Shown: piece by piece, positions 1 through 9,616 of the stretch
How positions within the stretch are numbered: position 1 is the stretch's first letter
Layout: each line of letters opens with the position of its first letter
Assembly: GCA_017507045.1 (NCBI GenBank)
Contig: JAFWBP010000016.1
Span: 231 to 64,230 of the forward strand
Length of the DNA stretch: 64,000 bases
Direction: 5' to 3'
DNA from: Clostridia bacterium
Lineage (GTDB): Bacteria > Bacillota > Clostridia > Christensenellales > Borkfalkiaceae
Program-made: the position numbers and the translations under genes
Notes under the pieces: generated by a model
What the model saw: only the letters and a program-made list of their open reading frames with translations
Databases searched by the model: none
What the model was told of the DNA's origin: nothing

Positions 1-19
1 TTGTTCAGTATAGATATAA

Positions 20-961
20 CAAGATGCGGAAATTTGGGACTATACTACGATTGTAGGTATTCTTGAAAATGAAGAGTATCTTGGTCATACGGTTAATTTT
101 AAGCACTATAAGAAATCGTACAAGTCTAAAAAGAGTTACAATAATCCAAGAGAAAATTGGGCAATTTTTAAAAATACGCAAGAAGCAATAATAGACCAAG
201 ACACTTTTGATATTGTTCAACAAGTCCGTGCAGGACGAAGGAGTTTAACCGATATGGGTACACCACATATGCTTTCGGGAATACTGTATTGCGCTGACTG
301 TGGCGAAAAAATGTATCTTTGCAGATGCACTACAGTAAAACAGGCAGAATATTTTAATTGCTCTACTTATCGCAAGAAAAAGAAGAAGTATTGCACGTCG
401 CATCAAATAACGGCGCACGCCGCTTTGGCTCTAATTCAAAACGATTTGCAATACACCGTTAAATTTGCAAATAAGTATAAGGATGAGTTTGTAAATATTC
501 TTAAACGGAGCACCGATGCAAGAAGTAAACGAGAACTAACTACCGCTATAACTGAAAAGGAAGAAGCGGAAAAACGTATTGTGAAACTCGATAAAATAAT
601 CCAAAGCCTTTATGAAGATAAGGTTGCAGGAAAAATCACCGAAGAGCGCTATATAAAAATGAGCGATAATTATGAAGTCGAACAAAGGACGTTGACTGAA
701 AGGCTCAACTTCTTAAAGGCAGAAATAGAAAAAGCCAAAACACAATATGATAACATACAAAGGTTTTTGGCTATCGTTAAAAAATATAGTGATTTTGACG
801 AATTGACACCTGAAATCTTACGAGCATTCGTAGATAAGGTTATTATTCACGAAAAAGTAAAGATTGACGGACGTTACGTTCACACAATAGAAATTATCTA
901 TAACTTTGTCGAAGCGATAGATTTACCTGACTTCGATAGGTTTTTAGAAGAAGTAAACTAA
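20..961 (+). pseudogene. Large serine recombinase, C-terminal portion only (recombinase domain, zinc ribbon, coiled coil); catalytic N-domain not in frame
   Basis: The frame is open from 20. The translation QDAEIWDYTTIVGILENEEYLGHTVNFK...LSGILYCADCGEKMYLCRC plus a long coiled coil is typical of large serine recombinases. In-frame TAG (11-13) and TAA (17-19) cut it off from anything upstream. The track ATG at 254 is internal. Confidence 0.6.
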
Positions 962-1023
962 ATAGAATGAGAAAAGGCGTGGCATCACGCCACGCCTGAC
1001 TCTTAAAAAGGACAGCCTTCCCG

Positions 1024-1066
1024 AAAAAATCCCTTGTAGGGACTCGGTAATAGCCCTACTTTTTTA
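1024..1066. terminator. Weak bidirectional intrinsic terminator between convergent genes
   Basis: An A6 run, then stems TCCCT/AGGGA and GTAGGG/CCCTAC, then a T6 run at 1060-1065. Confidence 0.45.
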
Positions 1067-1462
1067 TTTGCTTGAATTGGTATTTTCGTTCAAAAGTTCT
1101 TCCGAAAGCTGCAAAATTTCATCGGCGTATTTTTGCTTTCTCTTCTTTAACACAAATTGATAGATGGGGTAGGCGATCGCTGTGGGAACGGTTCCCGTAG
1201 CACAAATTATCACGCCCCACAAAATCAAATTCCACTCTAAAATCATTGCAAGCCCCAAGCCGAAAATTAAGCAGCCGAAAATTCCCAAAAAAACAGAGGT
1301 TATAATCGCCGTATTCTTTACTTGTGCATTCATTCTTCTCAGTTTTTCAAGCTTCGTTTCCTTCTTCTTTTCTTGCGGAATGTAATGTTTTCTTATACTT
1401 TCGATTTCTTTTCTTTCCTCTGCCGTAGGCGCTGAATAGCTAAAATTAAATTGGTTGTTCAT
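1064..1462 (-). CDS. Small membrane protein (2 TM hairpin, charged N- and C-termini), unknown function
   Basis: 132-aa ORF with a hydrophobic core (AIITSVFLGIFGCLIFGLGLAMILEWNLILWGVIICATGTVPTAIAYPIY). It overlaps the upstream gene by 17 nt, so it is the last gene of the TCS operon. Confidence 0.6.
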   Translation of the reverse strand: MNNQFNFSYSAPTAEERKEIESIRKHYIPQEKKKETKLEKLRRMNAQVKNTAIITSVFLGIFGCLIFGLGLAMILEWNLILWGVIICATGTVPTAIAYPIYQFVLKKRKQKYADEILQLSEELLNENTNSSK

Positions 1463-2405
1463 GGTTCTTGTTCTCCTTTTGATAATTTTTTATTTTTTTG
1501 ATTGCCGAAACGATCATATAGATACCGAGTCCGATTGAAAAGGCACTCACAACGCTTCCCGTTAACGTGTTTGCAAGAGAAATATCTATATTCCCCTCGT
1601 TGAAAGTGCTGAGAAGTGCGGTTTGTAGGGCAAGGATAGAAACGGTTGCATCTGCAAGATTAACGTTTCGTATTGCGCGTATCGTTAAATCAGGGTGCCT
1701 CCGTGCGCGTACGAGATTGACGATAGACATCGTAATCTTATAAAATGCGTACGCTGCGAAAGCGTAGATCGTGTATCCAACGTAGGTAAAATGTTCGTTT
1801 GAAAAGATCATTTGCGCGATGGCGGAAGAGAGCGCAACATTAAGAATGAGAAAGATAATGCCGCTGTTTCTATAAATTTTTGCTTTTTTAATTACGTCGT
1901 TTTGGCCGTTATTTTCTTCTGCGTTGCTGATCGTTCCTTTATGGTAGGTTAAAATTCCTCCGCGGAGAAAGGCGAGCGCAACATAGTAAGCTGCTAACGC
2001 GCCGTACCATACAGAGCGGTTCCCAATTCCCATATACCCGTTAAATACGCTAAACGCAATGCTCATTGCAAAGGAAAAAATTGCAAACACGATCGTTCTA
2101 TATCCGTAATTGTGAAGAAGCATGCGGGTAAAATCACGCTTTTCCAGCCACTTGGTAAAATGTTTTCGCATTCCTGAAAAAAGGGGAATGGCGAGCAAAA
2201 TACAGTATGCAAGCGAAAGGGCAGCCAGCCCGAACAGCGAATACGCCACGAAGGCAAGAGGGGATTTGTGAAAACCCCAATTTAATATAACGATTGCTGC
2301 GGTTGTGCTCAGCAACGCTATAATGAACGAGAAAACTTTTACCCAAGGCGGTGGATTTTTTATCTTCTTCCAAACGTTTTGAAAGGCGTTATTCATATAC
2401 GACAT
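1446..2405 (-). CDS. Polytopic integral membrane protein (about 8 TM), unknown function
   Basis: 319-aa ORF with repeated hydrophobic segments. It overlaps the kinase 3' end by 17 nt, which suggests co-transcription. Confidence 0.6.
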   Translation of the reverse strand: MSYMNNAFQNVWKKIKNPPPWVKVFSFIIALLSTTAAIVILNWGFHKSPLAFVAYSLFGLAALSLAYCILLAIPLFSGMRKHFTKWLEKRDFTRMLLHNYGYRTIVFAIFSFAMSIAFSVFNGYMGIGNRSVWYGALAAYYVALAFLRGGILTYHKGTISNAEENNGQNDVIKKAKIYRNSGIIFLILNVALSSAIAQMIFSNEHFTYVGYTIYAFAAYAFYKITMSIVNLVRARRHPDLTIRAIRNVNLADATVSILALQTALLSTFNEGNIDISLANTLTGSVVSAFSIGLGIYMIVSAIKKIKNYQKENKNHEQPI

Positions 2406-3443
2406 CCTTTAGAAGAATAGTAAACGTGCTGCCTTTTCCGAGTTCGCTTTGCACGGAAATTTCTCCGCCCAGAATTTCGATCACTTTTTTTACGAGGGCA
2501 AGCCCAAGGCCGTTTCCTTCAACGGCGTGCGAGGGATCACCTTGGTAGAATTTTTCAAAGATTCGTGTGCCGGTCTCGCTCGTCATGCCGCAACCCGTAT
2601 CGGCAACCGTTATTTCTACGTTTTTATCTTTACGGTTTAAGAGAATATCTATTTTGCCATTGATAGGAGTAAATTTTATCGCATTTGAAATTAGGTTATT
2701 CCACACAATTTCGAGTAGGGTTTTTGATGAGAAGATTTTTACGTCGTCAAATTCGCAGTTAAGTTCAATGTTTTTCTTTTCAATTAGGCTTTCAAATTCC
2801 ACGACCGCATCGGAAAGGGCGTCGGTCAAGTTAAATAATTCGCTTTTTGCTTGAATTTCTTGATTTTCGAGCTTGTTGAGTTTTAAGATGTTCGTGATCA
2901 AATCGGTGATACGCTTAGAAGCAGATATGAGTGTTTGCGCGTGTTTTTTCTCGTTTCGCTATCGAGAACATCTTCTTGAAGCAAGGTTGCGTAATTTTGA
3001 ATCACGGCAAGCGGAGTTTTGATTTCGTGGGAAACGTTTGAAATAAAATCTACGTGCAAAACCTCGTTTTTTTGAAGTTCGGCCGCCATTTTATTCAAAT
3101 TTTCCATGATCAAATCGTATTCGTTATATTTATCGTATTCGTGCGCAATTTCAAGACGGGTGGTAAAATCACCTTTCGCAATTTTTTCCGTTGCGCGCAG
3201 GATCTTTTTGGTGGGGTAGTCCACCGTTATTTTTCTACGAATCCAATCGAAAACGGTGCAGAATGCAGATAAAATTATGATTACGATCAGAATGAGGATG
3301 GCAATCAGCCCGTTATTTTCCGTACGTACTCGGATGTATTCGTAAACAAGGATGGCAATTTGCATGATGAACGAGATGAGTATGAAAAACAAAACTGCGC
3401 CAACAATGCTGAACCCTACATTTTTGCTCTTTCGATTTCTCAT
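2389..3443 (-). pseudogene. Intramembrane-sensing histidine kinase, split by a -1 frameshift in a homopolymer
   Basis: ORF 2898-3443 carries 2 TM with a very short loop, a HAMP-like segment and the H-box SHEIKTPLAVIQNY. ORF 2389-2901 carries the N/G1/G2 boxes (NAIKF, DTGCGM, GNGLGLAL). Adding one A to the A6 run (plus-strand T6, 2944-2949) restores ...ETRKKHAQTLISASKRITDLITNILKLNKLE. Confidence 0.85.
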
Positions 3444-4117
3444 TTCAAAACCGCCTTATATCCTAGTCCGTGTACGGTAACAATCTCAAAACCGTCGCAA
3501 GAAAAAGTTTTTTCACGAAGTTTTGCCATGTAAACGTCAACTGTCCTGCTTGTAGTGGAAGAATCGTAATCCCAAAATTCTGCCATAAGACCAGAACGGG
3601 TAAATGTTTTTTTGGGATAGGAAAGCATTTTGAAGAGGATATCGAATTCACGAACGGTAAGCGCAATTTCCTTGCCGGCAACCGTTGCAGTGCGTTCTTC
3701 GCTGTTCATTGAGAAATTGCCGATGGAAATTTTCTTTTCCGTTTCGATTTTTGCGCGCCGTAAAATCGCTTTGATCGTCATCACAAGAATGTCAATATCA
3801 AATGGCTTCGTAACGTATTCATCGATTCCGATATGATAGCCAAGCATTTTAGAGGGCTTATCGTCTTTTGCCGACATAAAGATGATGGGCAGCGTTTTAT
3901 CGGAGGCTCTCACACTTTGGGCAAGTTCAAACCCGTTCATTTTCGGCATCATGATATCAGTAAGAATTAAATCGAACTTCTCACTTTCCATTTGCTCTAT
4001 TGCTTCCGCGCCGTCAAATGCGCAAAAAACTTCATAGCCCGCACCGCGTAGGCCGGAAGCAACGAATCGATTCAAATCCAAATCATCCTCAACAATTAAA
4101 ATTTTAATCATAACCAA
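3440..4117 (-). CDS. OmpR-family response regulator
   Basis: Receiver motifs (ILIVEDD, DLILTDIMMPKMNG, SAKD) plus a winged-helix C-terminus (TVDVYMAKLREK...GLGYK). A 4-nt overlap links it to the kinase. Confidence 0.9.
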   Translation of the reverse strand: MVMIKILIVEDDLDLNRFVASGLRGAGYEVFCAFDGAEAIEQMESEKFDLILTDIMMPKMNGFELAQSVRASDKTLPIIFMSAKDDKPSKMLGYHIGIDEYVTKPFDIDILVMTIKAILRRAKIETEKKISIGNFSMNSEERTATVAGKEIALTVREFDILFKMLSYPKKTFTRSGLMAEFWDYDSSTTSRTVDVYMAKLREKTFSCDGFEIVTVHGLGYKAVLK

Positions 4118-4269
4118 GCTCCGTTTTGTTTATTCTAACAATTCATTTATAAAAAATTGTTTTAGAAACGTTAAAGTTTTGTAAAAAATAAAATTTATGT
4201 TATCATAATAAAAATCAGGCTACTTTTCGTAACCTAATTTTGCTGGTGACACAAAGTTTTCATGCCGAA

Positions 4270-4722
4270 TTATCTAAAAATATCTTTGATTTCGCGATCG
4301 GTTGCGCGCTTCACGTCCCGTTCGGCGAGTGCGCGTTTTTTATCGTAGGTATGCTTACCTTTGCAAAGGGCGATTTCCGCCTTGATGAGCGCATCCTTAA
4401 AATAAATTTTAAGAGGGACGAGCGTGAAGCCTTTTTCGTTGACTCTGCCAACAATTTTCGCGATTTCATCCTTATGAAGAAGGAGTTTTCGATCCCTTCT
4501 CGAATCGCGCGTGGAAAAAGCACCGCTCTTATCGTAGATGGCGATGTGCATATTTTTAAGAAAGATTTCGCCGCCGCGGATCTCGCAAAAGCTTTCGGAA
4601 AGAGAGGCTTTTCCTCCGCGAAGGGATTTCACCTCGCTCCCTTCAAGCACGATGCCTGCCTCATACTTTTCCTGAATGAAATATTCGAATGAGGCGGATT
4701 TGTTGATAGCTATGATTTTCAT
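4270..4722 (-). CDS. smpB: SsrA-binding protein SmpB
   Basis: 150 aa; NKSASFEYFIQEKYEAGIVLEGSEVKSLR...LLLHKDEI...GFTLVPLKIYF is the canonical SmpB pattern. It lies downstream of rnr. Confidence 0.95.
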   Translation of the reverse strand: MKIIAINKSASFEYFIQEKYEAGIVLEGSEVKSLRGGKASLSESFCEIRGGEIFLKNMHIAIYDKSGAFSTRDSRRDRKLLLHKDEIAKIVGRVNEKGFTLVPLKIYFKDALIKAEIALCKGKHTYDKKRALAERDVKRATDREIKDIFR

Positions 4723-4755
4723 GATAAAATTACCGTTTCGCTGTAGTGAAGGGAG

Positions 4756-6843
4756 CTAACTCAAGAGGGAAAATTGTACTCTACGTGAGCCCCAATCCAC
4801 GCCAATTACTTTCACGCGCACGCTTTGACCGAGGCGGAAACTGTTTTGCGAGCCACGCAGGAGAAAGCGATCCTCGTAAAATTCGTAAGCACCTTCCGGA
4901 AGCATTTCAATGGGAATGAAGCCTTCCACGGTGTTTTTCAGTTCGGCAAAAAGCCCGAAGGCGGTAACACCGGAAAGCGTGGCATCGTATATCTCGCCGA
5001 TCTTATCCTGCATGTATGCAACGATATAGAGTGCATCAACATCGCGCTCCGCTTCGGCCGCATTCTTTTCGCAGAGGGAGGATTGCAGGGCCGCTTCGTT
5101 TACAAACGAAGAATAGGCATCGCGGATGTGCGAAAGTGCATCGTCCGAGCTTTGGCACGCCTCCTTAATAATTCTGTGGATGCATAGATCGGGATAGCGG
5201 CGAATGGGGGAGGTGAAGTGGCAATAGCAATCGGAGGCGAGCCCGAAATGTCCGCAGTTTTCCGGTGAGTATTGCGCCTTCATCATCGAGCGCAGCATCA
5301 CGCGGTTTACAAGCGGATAGAGGGGAGAATCCTCAATAGAACGTAGCAGATCTTGATAGTTTTGCGGCGTTACGGTGTGTGCGTCAAAGCGCGTAGGCAC
5401 GCCGATCTCCTTAAGAAAATTCAAAAAGTCGCTTGCTTTATCTTCCGAAGGGCGCTCGTGGATGCGGTAGATAAAGGGTAATTTTCTTTCCGTCATGATG
5501 GCAGCAACACTCTCGTTGGCAAGCACCATGAATTGCTCAATCATCTCGTGGGAGATGGAACGCTCGTAATCGGGAATGGAAATTTTTCCATCGTTATAGA
5601 GGATTCTTGCCTCTTTCACATCCAGCTCCACGCCGCCGCGCCGTCTTCTTGCATCCTTCAAAATGTAGGTTAGCTCAATTGCCGTATCCACGAATTCGAT
5701 GAGGTCGGGATAGGCTGCAAGTGTCGATTGGTCTTTTTCGTGAAGCTTCGTTACGGCCGTGTATGTCATGCGGTGTCGTGAGCGAATAACGGAAGGTGCG
5801 ATGCTCTTTTTTATCACCTTACCTTTCCCGTCCACCGTCATAAAACAGGAGAGTGTGAGGCGATCCACGCCCTCGTTTAGCGAACAGATCCCGTTGGAGA
5901 GGGCAGGAGGGAACATGGGCAGCACACGATCGGGAAAATACACGCTCGTGCCGCGCTTGAACGCCTCTTTATCGCAGGCGCGGTTGCGCTTTACGTAATG
6001 CGATACATCGGCAATATGCACTCCCAGCTCATAGAACTTGCCACGCTTTTGAATGGAGATCGCATCGTCGATATCGCGGGTATCCTCTCCGTCTACGGTG
6101 ATGATAAGCTCGTTTCTCAGGTCTGTTCTGTTTTTTATATTTTCGGAGGGATTGCGCTTTGCCTGCTCTTCGGCTTCTAAAAGCACTTCTTTCGGGAAAT
6201 CCTCCCGCAAGCGATGTGCGCGGATGAGGGCAAGCTCTTCGGAGAAAAAATCTCCGCTTTCACCAAGCACCTCTATAATTTCACCCGAAGGCGATTTTCC
6301 ATCGTAGGAAGTGATTTTGGCAACGGCTTTGTATCCATCACGGCACCCCCCTTGCTTTCCGGTAGGGATATAGATATCCGCATCGAACTTTTTCTCATCA
6401 GGGCAGAGATAGCCGGCTCGTCCTTCGCGGAAATACGTTCCCACGATTTCGCGATAGCCGCGATTGAGAACAGCGAGAACTTCGCCTTCATCCCCATTTT
6501 TTCCGCCCACGCAGAACGCAAGCACGGTATCTCCGTGCAGCGCACCCTTCAAAGAGCGGTGGGGGATGAAGAGGTCGCCGGAGCCATCGGTAGGAACAAA
6601 AAAGCCGAAGCCGCGTTCGTTGCCTGAAACAGTTCCCGTTTTTGCGCCGAATTGTTCTGCCGTGCCGAATCGGAATTGGGAATCTGAGAGAAGCTCGCCC
6701 TCGCGAACCAGCGCGCGAAGCATCTCGCGTACGGCGAGAGATTCCTTTCTTCCAAGCTTTAATTTGCGTGAAATTTCCTCATAGGTGAGTAAGGCGAAGG
6801 TGCCGTTTTGAATGTTGATGAGTAAGGATTGTTTTGCTGTCAA
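4756..6843 (-). CDS. rnr: Ribonuclease R
   Basis: 695 aa with an RNB catalytic core (DGEDTRDIDDA, HFTSPIRRYPD) and a C-terminal S1 domain. TTG start with an AGGAG 7 nt upstream. Confidence 0.93.
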   Translation of the reverse strand: MTAKQSLLINIQNGTFALLTYEEISRKLKLGRKESLAVREMLRALVREGELLSDSQFRFGTAEQFGAKTGTVSGNERGFGFFVPTDGSGDLFIPHRSLKGALHGDTVLAFCVGGKNGDEGEVLAVLNRGYREIVGTYFREGRAGYLCPDEKKFDADIYIPTGKQGGCRDGYKAVAKITSYDGKSPSGEIIEVLGESGDFFSEELALIRAHRLREDFPKEVLLEAEEQAKRNPSENIKNRTDLRNELIITVDGEDTRDIDDAISIQKRGKFYELGVHIADVSHYVKRNRACDKEAFKRGTSVYFPDRVLPMFPPALSNGICSLNEGVDRLTLSCFMTVDGKGKVIKKSIAPSVIRSRHRMTYTAVTKLHEKDQSTLAAYPDLIEFVDTAIELTYILKDARRRRGGVELDVKEARILYNDGKISIPDYERSISHEMIEQFMVLANESVAAIMTERKLPFIYRIHERPSEDKASDFLNFLKEIGVPTRFDAHTVTPQNYQDLLRSIEDSPLYPLVNRVMLRSMMKAQYSPENCGHFGLASDCYCHFTSPIRRYPDLCIHRIIKEACQSSDDALSHIRDAYSSFVNEAALQSSLCEKNAAEAERDVDALYIVAYMQDKIGEIYDATLSGVTAFGLFAELKNTVEGFIPIEMLPEGAYEFYEDRFLLRGSQNSFRLGQSVRVKVIGVDWGSRRVQFSLLS

Positions 6844-6940
6844 TGAATAGCTCCTGTATCAAGGGTTCCTTAAAACGAACTCCTTGCTATGAAAAACGGG
6901 CAAGCTTAATCGCCCGCCCGCTTTAAGTACTTTCAAAGGA

Positions 6941-7264
6941 TTACGCACCCCAGACCGCACTGATCTGAAGGATGAAGAACACGATGGCGAACATCGCCAA
7001 TACGCCGAGACAAATCAGCGTGCCCAACTTGAGCTTTTCTTCGGTAGACTTTCCCTTATTCTTGCCGTAGAAGGTTTCGCTTGAGCCGCCGAGAGCATCA
7101 ATGCCACGCGAGTTACCGGGCTGAAGCATAACGAGCACGATAGCTGCAATTGCCGCAACGCCCATGGCGATAATGAGCGCAAGGCTCACGGCACGGTAGG
7201 TGTAATAGATTGCTTCGGAGGGAAGCGGTGCGAGTAGATTCATGAAAAACGAAGCAAATTTCAT
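6941..7264 (-). CDS. secG: Preprotein translocase subunit SecG
   Basis: Two TM flanking LQPGNSRGIDALGGSSETFYG. Start moved to the ATG at 7264, which has AGGAAG 7 nt upstream. The secG-rnr-smpB synteny supports the call. Confidence 0.8.
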   Translation of the reverse strand: MKFASFFMNLLAPLPSEAIYYTYRAVSLALIIAMGVAAIAAIVLVMLQPGNSRGIDALGGSSETFYGKNKGKSTEEKLKLGTLICLGVLAMFAIVFFILQISAVWGA

Positions 7265-7408
7265 ACGGTTCTTCCTTTTGATTACCAAAATACGGGAATT
7301 AGTATATCATACCTTGCACAAAAAAACAACTTTTTTTACGCGTATTTCAAAAATTTCTCCGATGAAAAAGATTTTTTCCGCAAGCGACGCCTTTCGCGCT
7401 CTCAGAAA

Positions 7409-7437
7409 TTGACATTTTCGCTCCGTTGTATTATAAT
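7409..7437 (+). promoter_or_regulatory. Consensus sigmaA promoter of aroK-gltX
   Basis: TTGACA (7409-7414), a 17-nt spacer, then TATAAT (7432-7437). Confidence 0.75.
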
Positions 7438-7440
7438 GAG

Positions 7441-7959
7441 ATGCGTATGGAAAATATCATTCTTATCGGAATGCCTTCTTCGGGAAAAAGCACGGCAGGT
7501 CGGCTCATTGCCAAACGCCTCGGCTACGCTTTTCTCGATGGCGATCGGCTCATAGAAGAGGCGGAAGGAAGGCCGCTTTCCGCGATCATTGCGGAGCGTG
7601 GTGCGGAGGGCTTTCTCGAAGTGGAAGAGGGCGTGCTTTCAACACTTCAATGCACGCAAACAGTTATCGCGCCGGGCGGTAGCGCCGTCTACGAGGAAGG
7701 AGCGATGGCGCATCTGAAATCGATCGGCGTGGTCGTATATTTAAAAATCGGCATGCAAGAGATCAAGCGGCGTATTCCCGATTTCACGGCGCGGGGTGTT
7801 GTGATGCGAGGAAAGATCACCTCTCTCGAGGAGCTGTATTTAGAGCGTGCGCCGCTCTATGAAAAGTACGCCGATTTCAGCGTGGATTGCACGGGGCAAT
7901 CCCCCGCGGAAACGGCAGAAGAAATTGTATTGAAATATAAGGAGCGTTATGAATTATAA
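7441..7959 (+). CDS. aroK: Shikimate kinase
   Basis: IILIGMPSSGKSTAGRLIAKRLGYAFLDGD contains the P-loop and shikimate-binding motif. The track TTG start at 7426 lies inside the promoter spacer, so the ATG at 7441 or 7447 is the likely start. Confidence 0.9.
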   Translation: MRMENIILIGMPSSGKSTAGRLIAKRLGYAFLDGDRLIEEAEGRPLSAIIAERGAEGFLEVEEGVLSTLQCTQTVIAPGGSAVYEEGAMAHLKSIGVVVYLKIGMQEIKRRIPDFTARGVVMRGKITSLEELYLERAPLYEKYADFSVDCTGQSPAETAEEIVLKYKERYEL

Positions 7960-9577
7960 ATTACTTGCGGAACGGTTGCTCCCGGGAGAGTACCCCGCAC
8001 TTGAAACGTTTGAAGAAAAATATCCGCCGAGAAATCTTCCCCCCAAGGCGGAGGTTACCCGCCTTGCGCCTTCGCCCACGGGCTTTATTCATCTTGGCAA
8101 CCTCTTTGCGGCGATCGCCAACGAACGCATCGCGCACCGAAGCGGCGGCGTGCTCTATCTGCGCATAGAGGATACCGATCTTAAGCGCAAGGTGGATGGC
8201 GCAGTAGAGGCGGTTATCAAGGCGCTCGATTACTTTGATATTCGCTTCGATGAAGGTGCGGAAATCGGTGGGGACGAAACGTACGCTCCTTGGTACCAGC
8301 GTCAGCGCGCGGAGATCTACCGCGCCTACGTGAAGCATCTCATTGAAGAGGGCAGAGCATATCCCTGTTTTTGCACGGAAGAACAGCTTTCCGCTCTTCG
8401 CGAAACGCAAACGGAGAAAAAGGAGATCACGGGATATTATGGTAAATACGCTCGCTGCCGCGATCTCTCTGAGGCAGAGATTTACGAAAATCTTGATGCG
8501 GGAAAGCCTTTCGTGATCCGTTTACGCTCCCTTGGCAATCCCGAGAATAAGATCAAATTCCGCGATGCAGTGAAAGGGGAGATTACCGTTACGGAGAACG
8601 ATCAGGACGTCGTCATTTTGAAATCAGACGGAATTCCCACCTATCACTTTGCGCATGCGATCGATGATCACTTCATGCGCACCACGATCGTTATTCGCGG
8701 TGAGGAGTGGCTTGCTTCCCTTCCCATTCATCTTGAGCTTTTCGATGCGCTCGGCTTTCAACGCCCTCGCTATGGGCATAACTGCTCCCTCATGAAGCAG
8801 GATGGAGAAACGCGCAGAAAGCTTTCCAAGCGTAAAGATCCCGAGCTTTCCCTTGAATTTTATAGAAAGGCCGGGTATTTTCCCCGTGCGGTAAAGGTGT
8901 ATATGTTCACGCTGCTCAATTCCAATTTTGAGGAGTGGTACTTAAAAAATCCCGAGGCGGAGCTCAATGAGTTTCCGTATAAGGTAGAAAAGATGGGCAA
9001 GAGTGGAGCACTCTTCGATCTTGATAAGCTCAACGATATCTCCAAAAACGAGCTTTCCAGGCTCTCCGCAGAGGAAATGGCGCATTTCTTGAAAGCTTGG
9101 GCAGAGGAATTCGGAACGGAGGCGGAAAAGGGCTATTTTGCCGATGAAGAAAAGCTCTTAAAGGTGCTTGCGCTGTGTATGGGCATCGGCGGCAAGAAGC
9201 GCAGAAAGGATTTCACCACCGCTTCGCAAGCAATGAAATTTATGGAGTATTTCTTCACGCGCACACCCAGAGAGGATGAATACCGTGTAGATGAAGAAAC
9301 GAAAAACGCGATTCTTCACGATTTCCTCGCAACTTATTCCTATGGCGACGATGCGCAGGCTTGGTTTGCAAAGGTGAAAGAGCTTGCCGGCGCGCACGGC
9401 TTTGCAACCGATATGAAGGATTACAAAGCCAACCCGCAAAACTATAAAGGAAGCGTTGCAGACGTTGCCGAGATATTGCGCATCGCCACGACGGGCAAAG
9501 CCAACACGCCCGATCTTTGGACGATCATGCAGATCTTAGGCGAAAAAGAAATAAGAGAAAGAATAGAAAACGCATAA
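7949..9577 (+). CDS. gltX: Glutamate--tRNA ligase (GluRS/GlnRS family, class I)
   Basis: RLAPSPTGFIHLGN (HIGH-type), LRIEDTD and KLSKRK (KMSKS). AAGGAG RBS; overlaps aroK by 11 nt. Confidence 0.8.
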   Translation: MNYKLLAERLLPGEYPALETFEEKYPPRNLPPKAEVTRLAPSPTGFIHLGNLFAAIANERIAHRSGGVLYLRIEDTDLKRKVDGAVEAVIKALDYFDIRFDEGAEIGGDETYAPWYQRQRAEIYRAYVKHLIEEGRAYPCFCTEEQLSALRETQTEKKEITGYYGKYARCRDLSEAEIYENLDAGKPFVIRLRSLGNPENKIKFRDAVKGEITVTENDQDVVILKSDGIPTYHFAHAIDDHFMRTTIVIRGEEWLASLPIHLELFDALGFQRPRYGHNCSLMKQDGETRRKLSKRKDPELSLEFYRKAGYFPRAVKVYMFTLLNSNFEEWYLKNPEAELNEFPYKVEKMGKSGALFDLDKLNDISKNELSRLSAEEMAHFLKAWAEEFGTEAEKGYFADEEKLLKVLALCMGIGGKKRRKDFTTASQAMKFMEYFFTRTPREDEYRVDEETKNAILHDFLATYSYGDDAQAWFAKVKELAGAHGFATDMKDYKANPQNYKGSVADVAEILRIATTGKANTPDLWTIMQILGEKEIRERIENA

Positions 9578-9616
9578 GCCGCTAAAGCCTTTCAGGCAGC
9601 ATTTAGGAGGAAAATT

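Noticed and set aside
4118-4269. A tmRNA (ssrA) gene, expected downstream of smpB.
   Set aside because: Only about 150 nt of AT-rich spacer is available, with a simple terminator hairpin. It is too short for a ~350-nt tmRNA, and no tRNA-like acceptor/T-arm or tag reading frame is visible.
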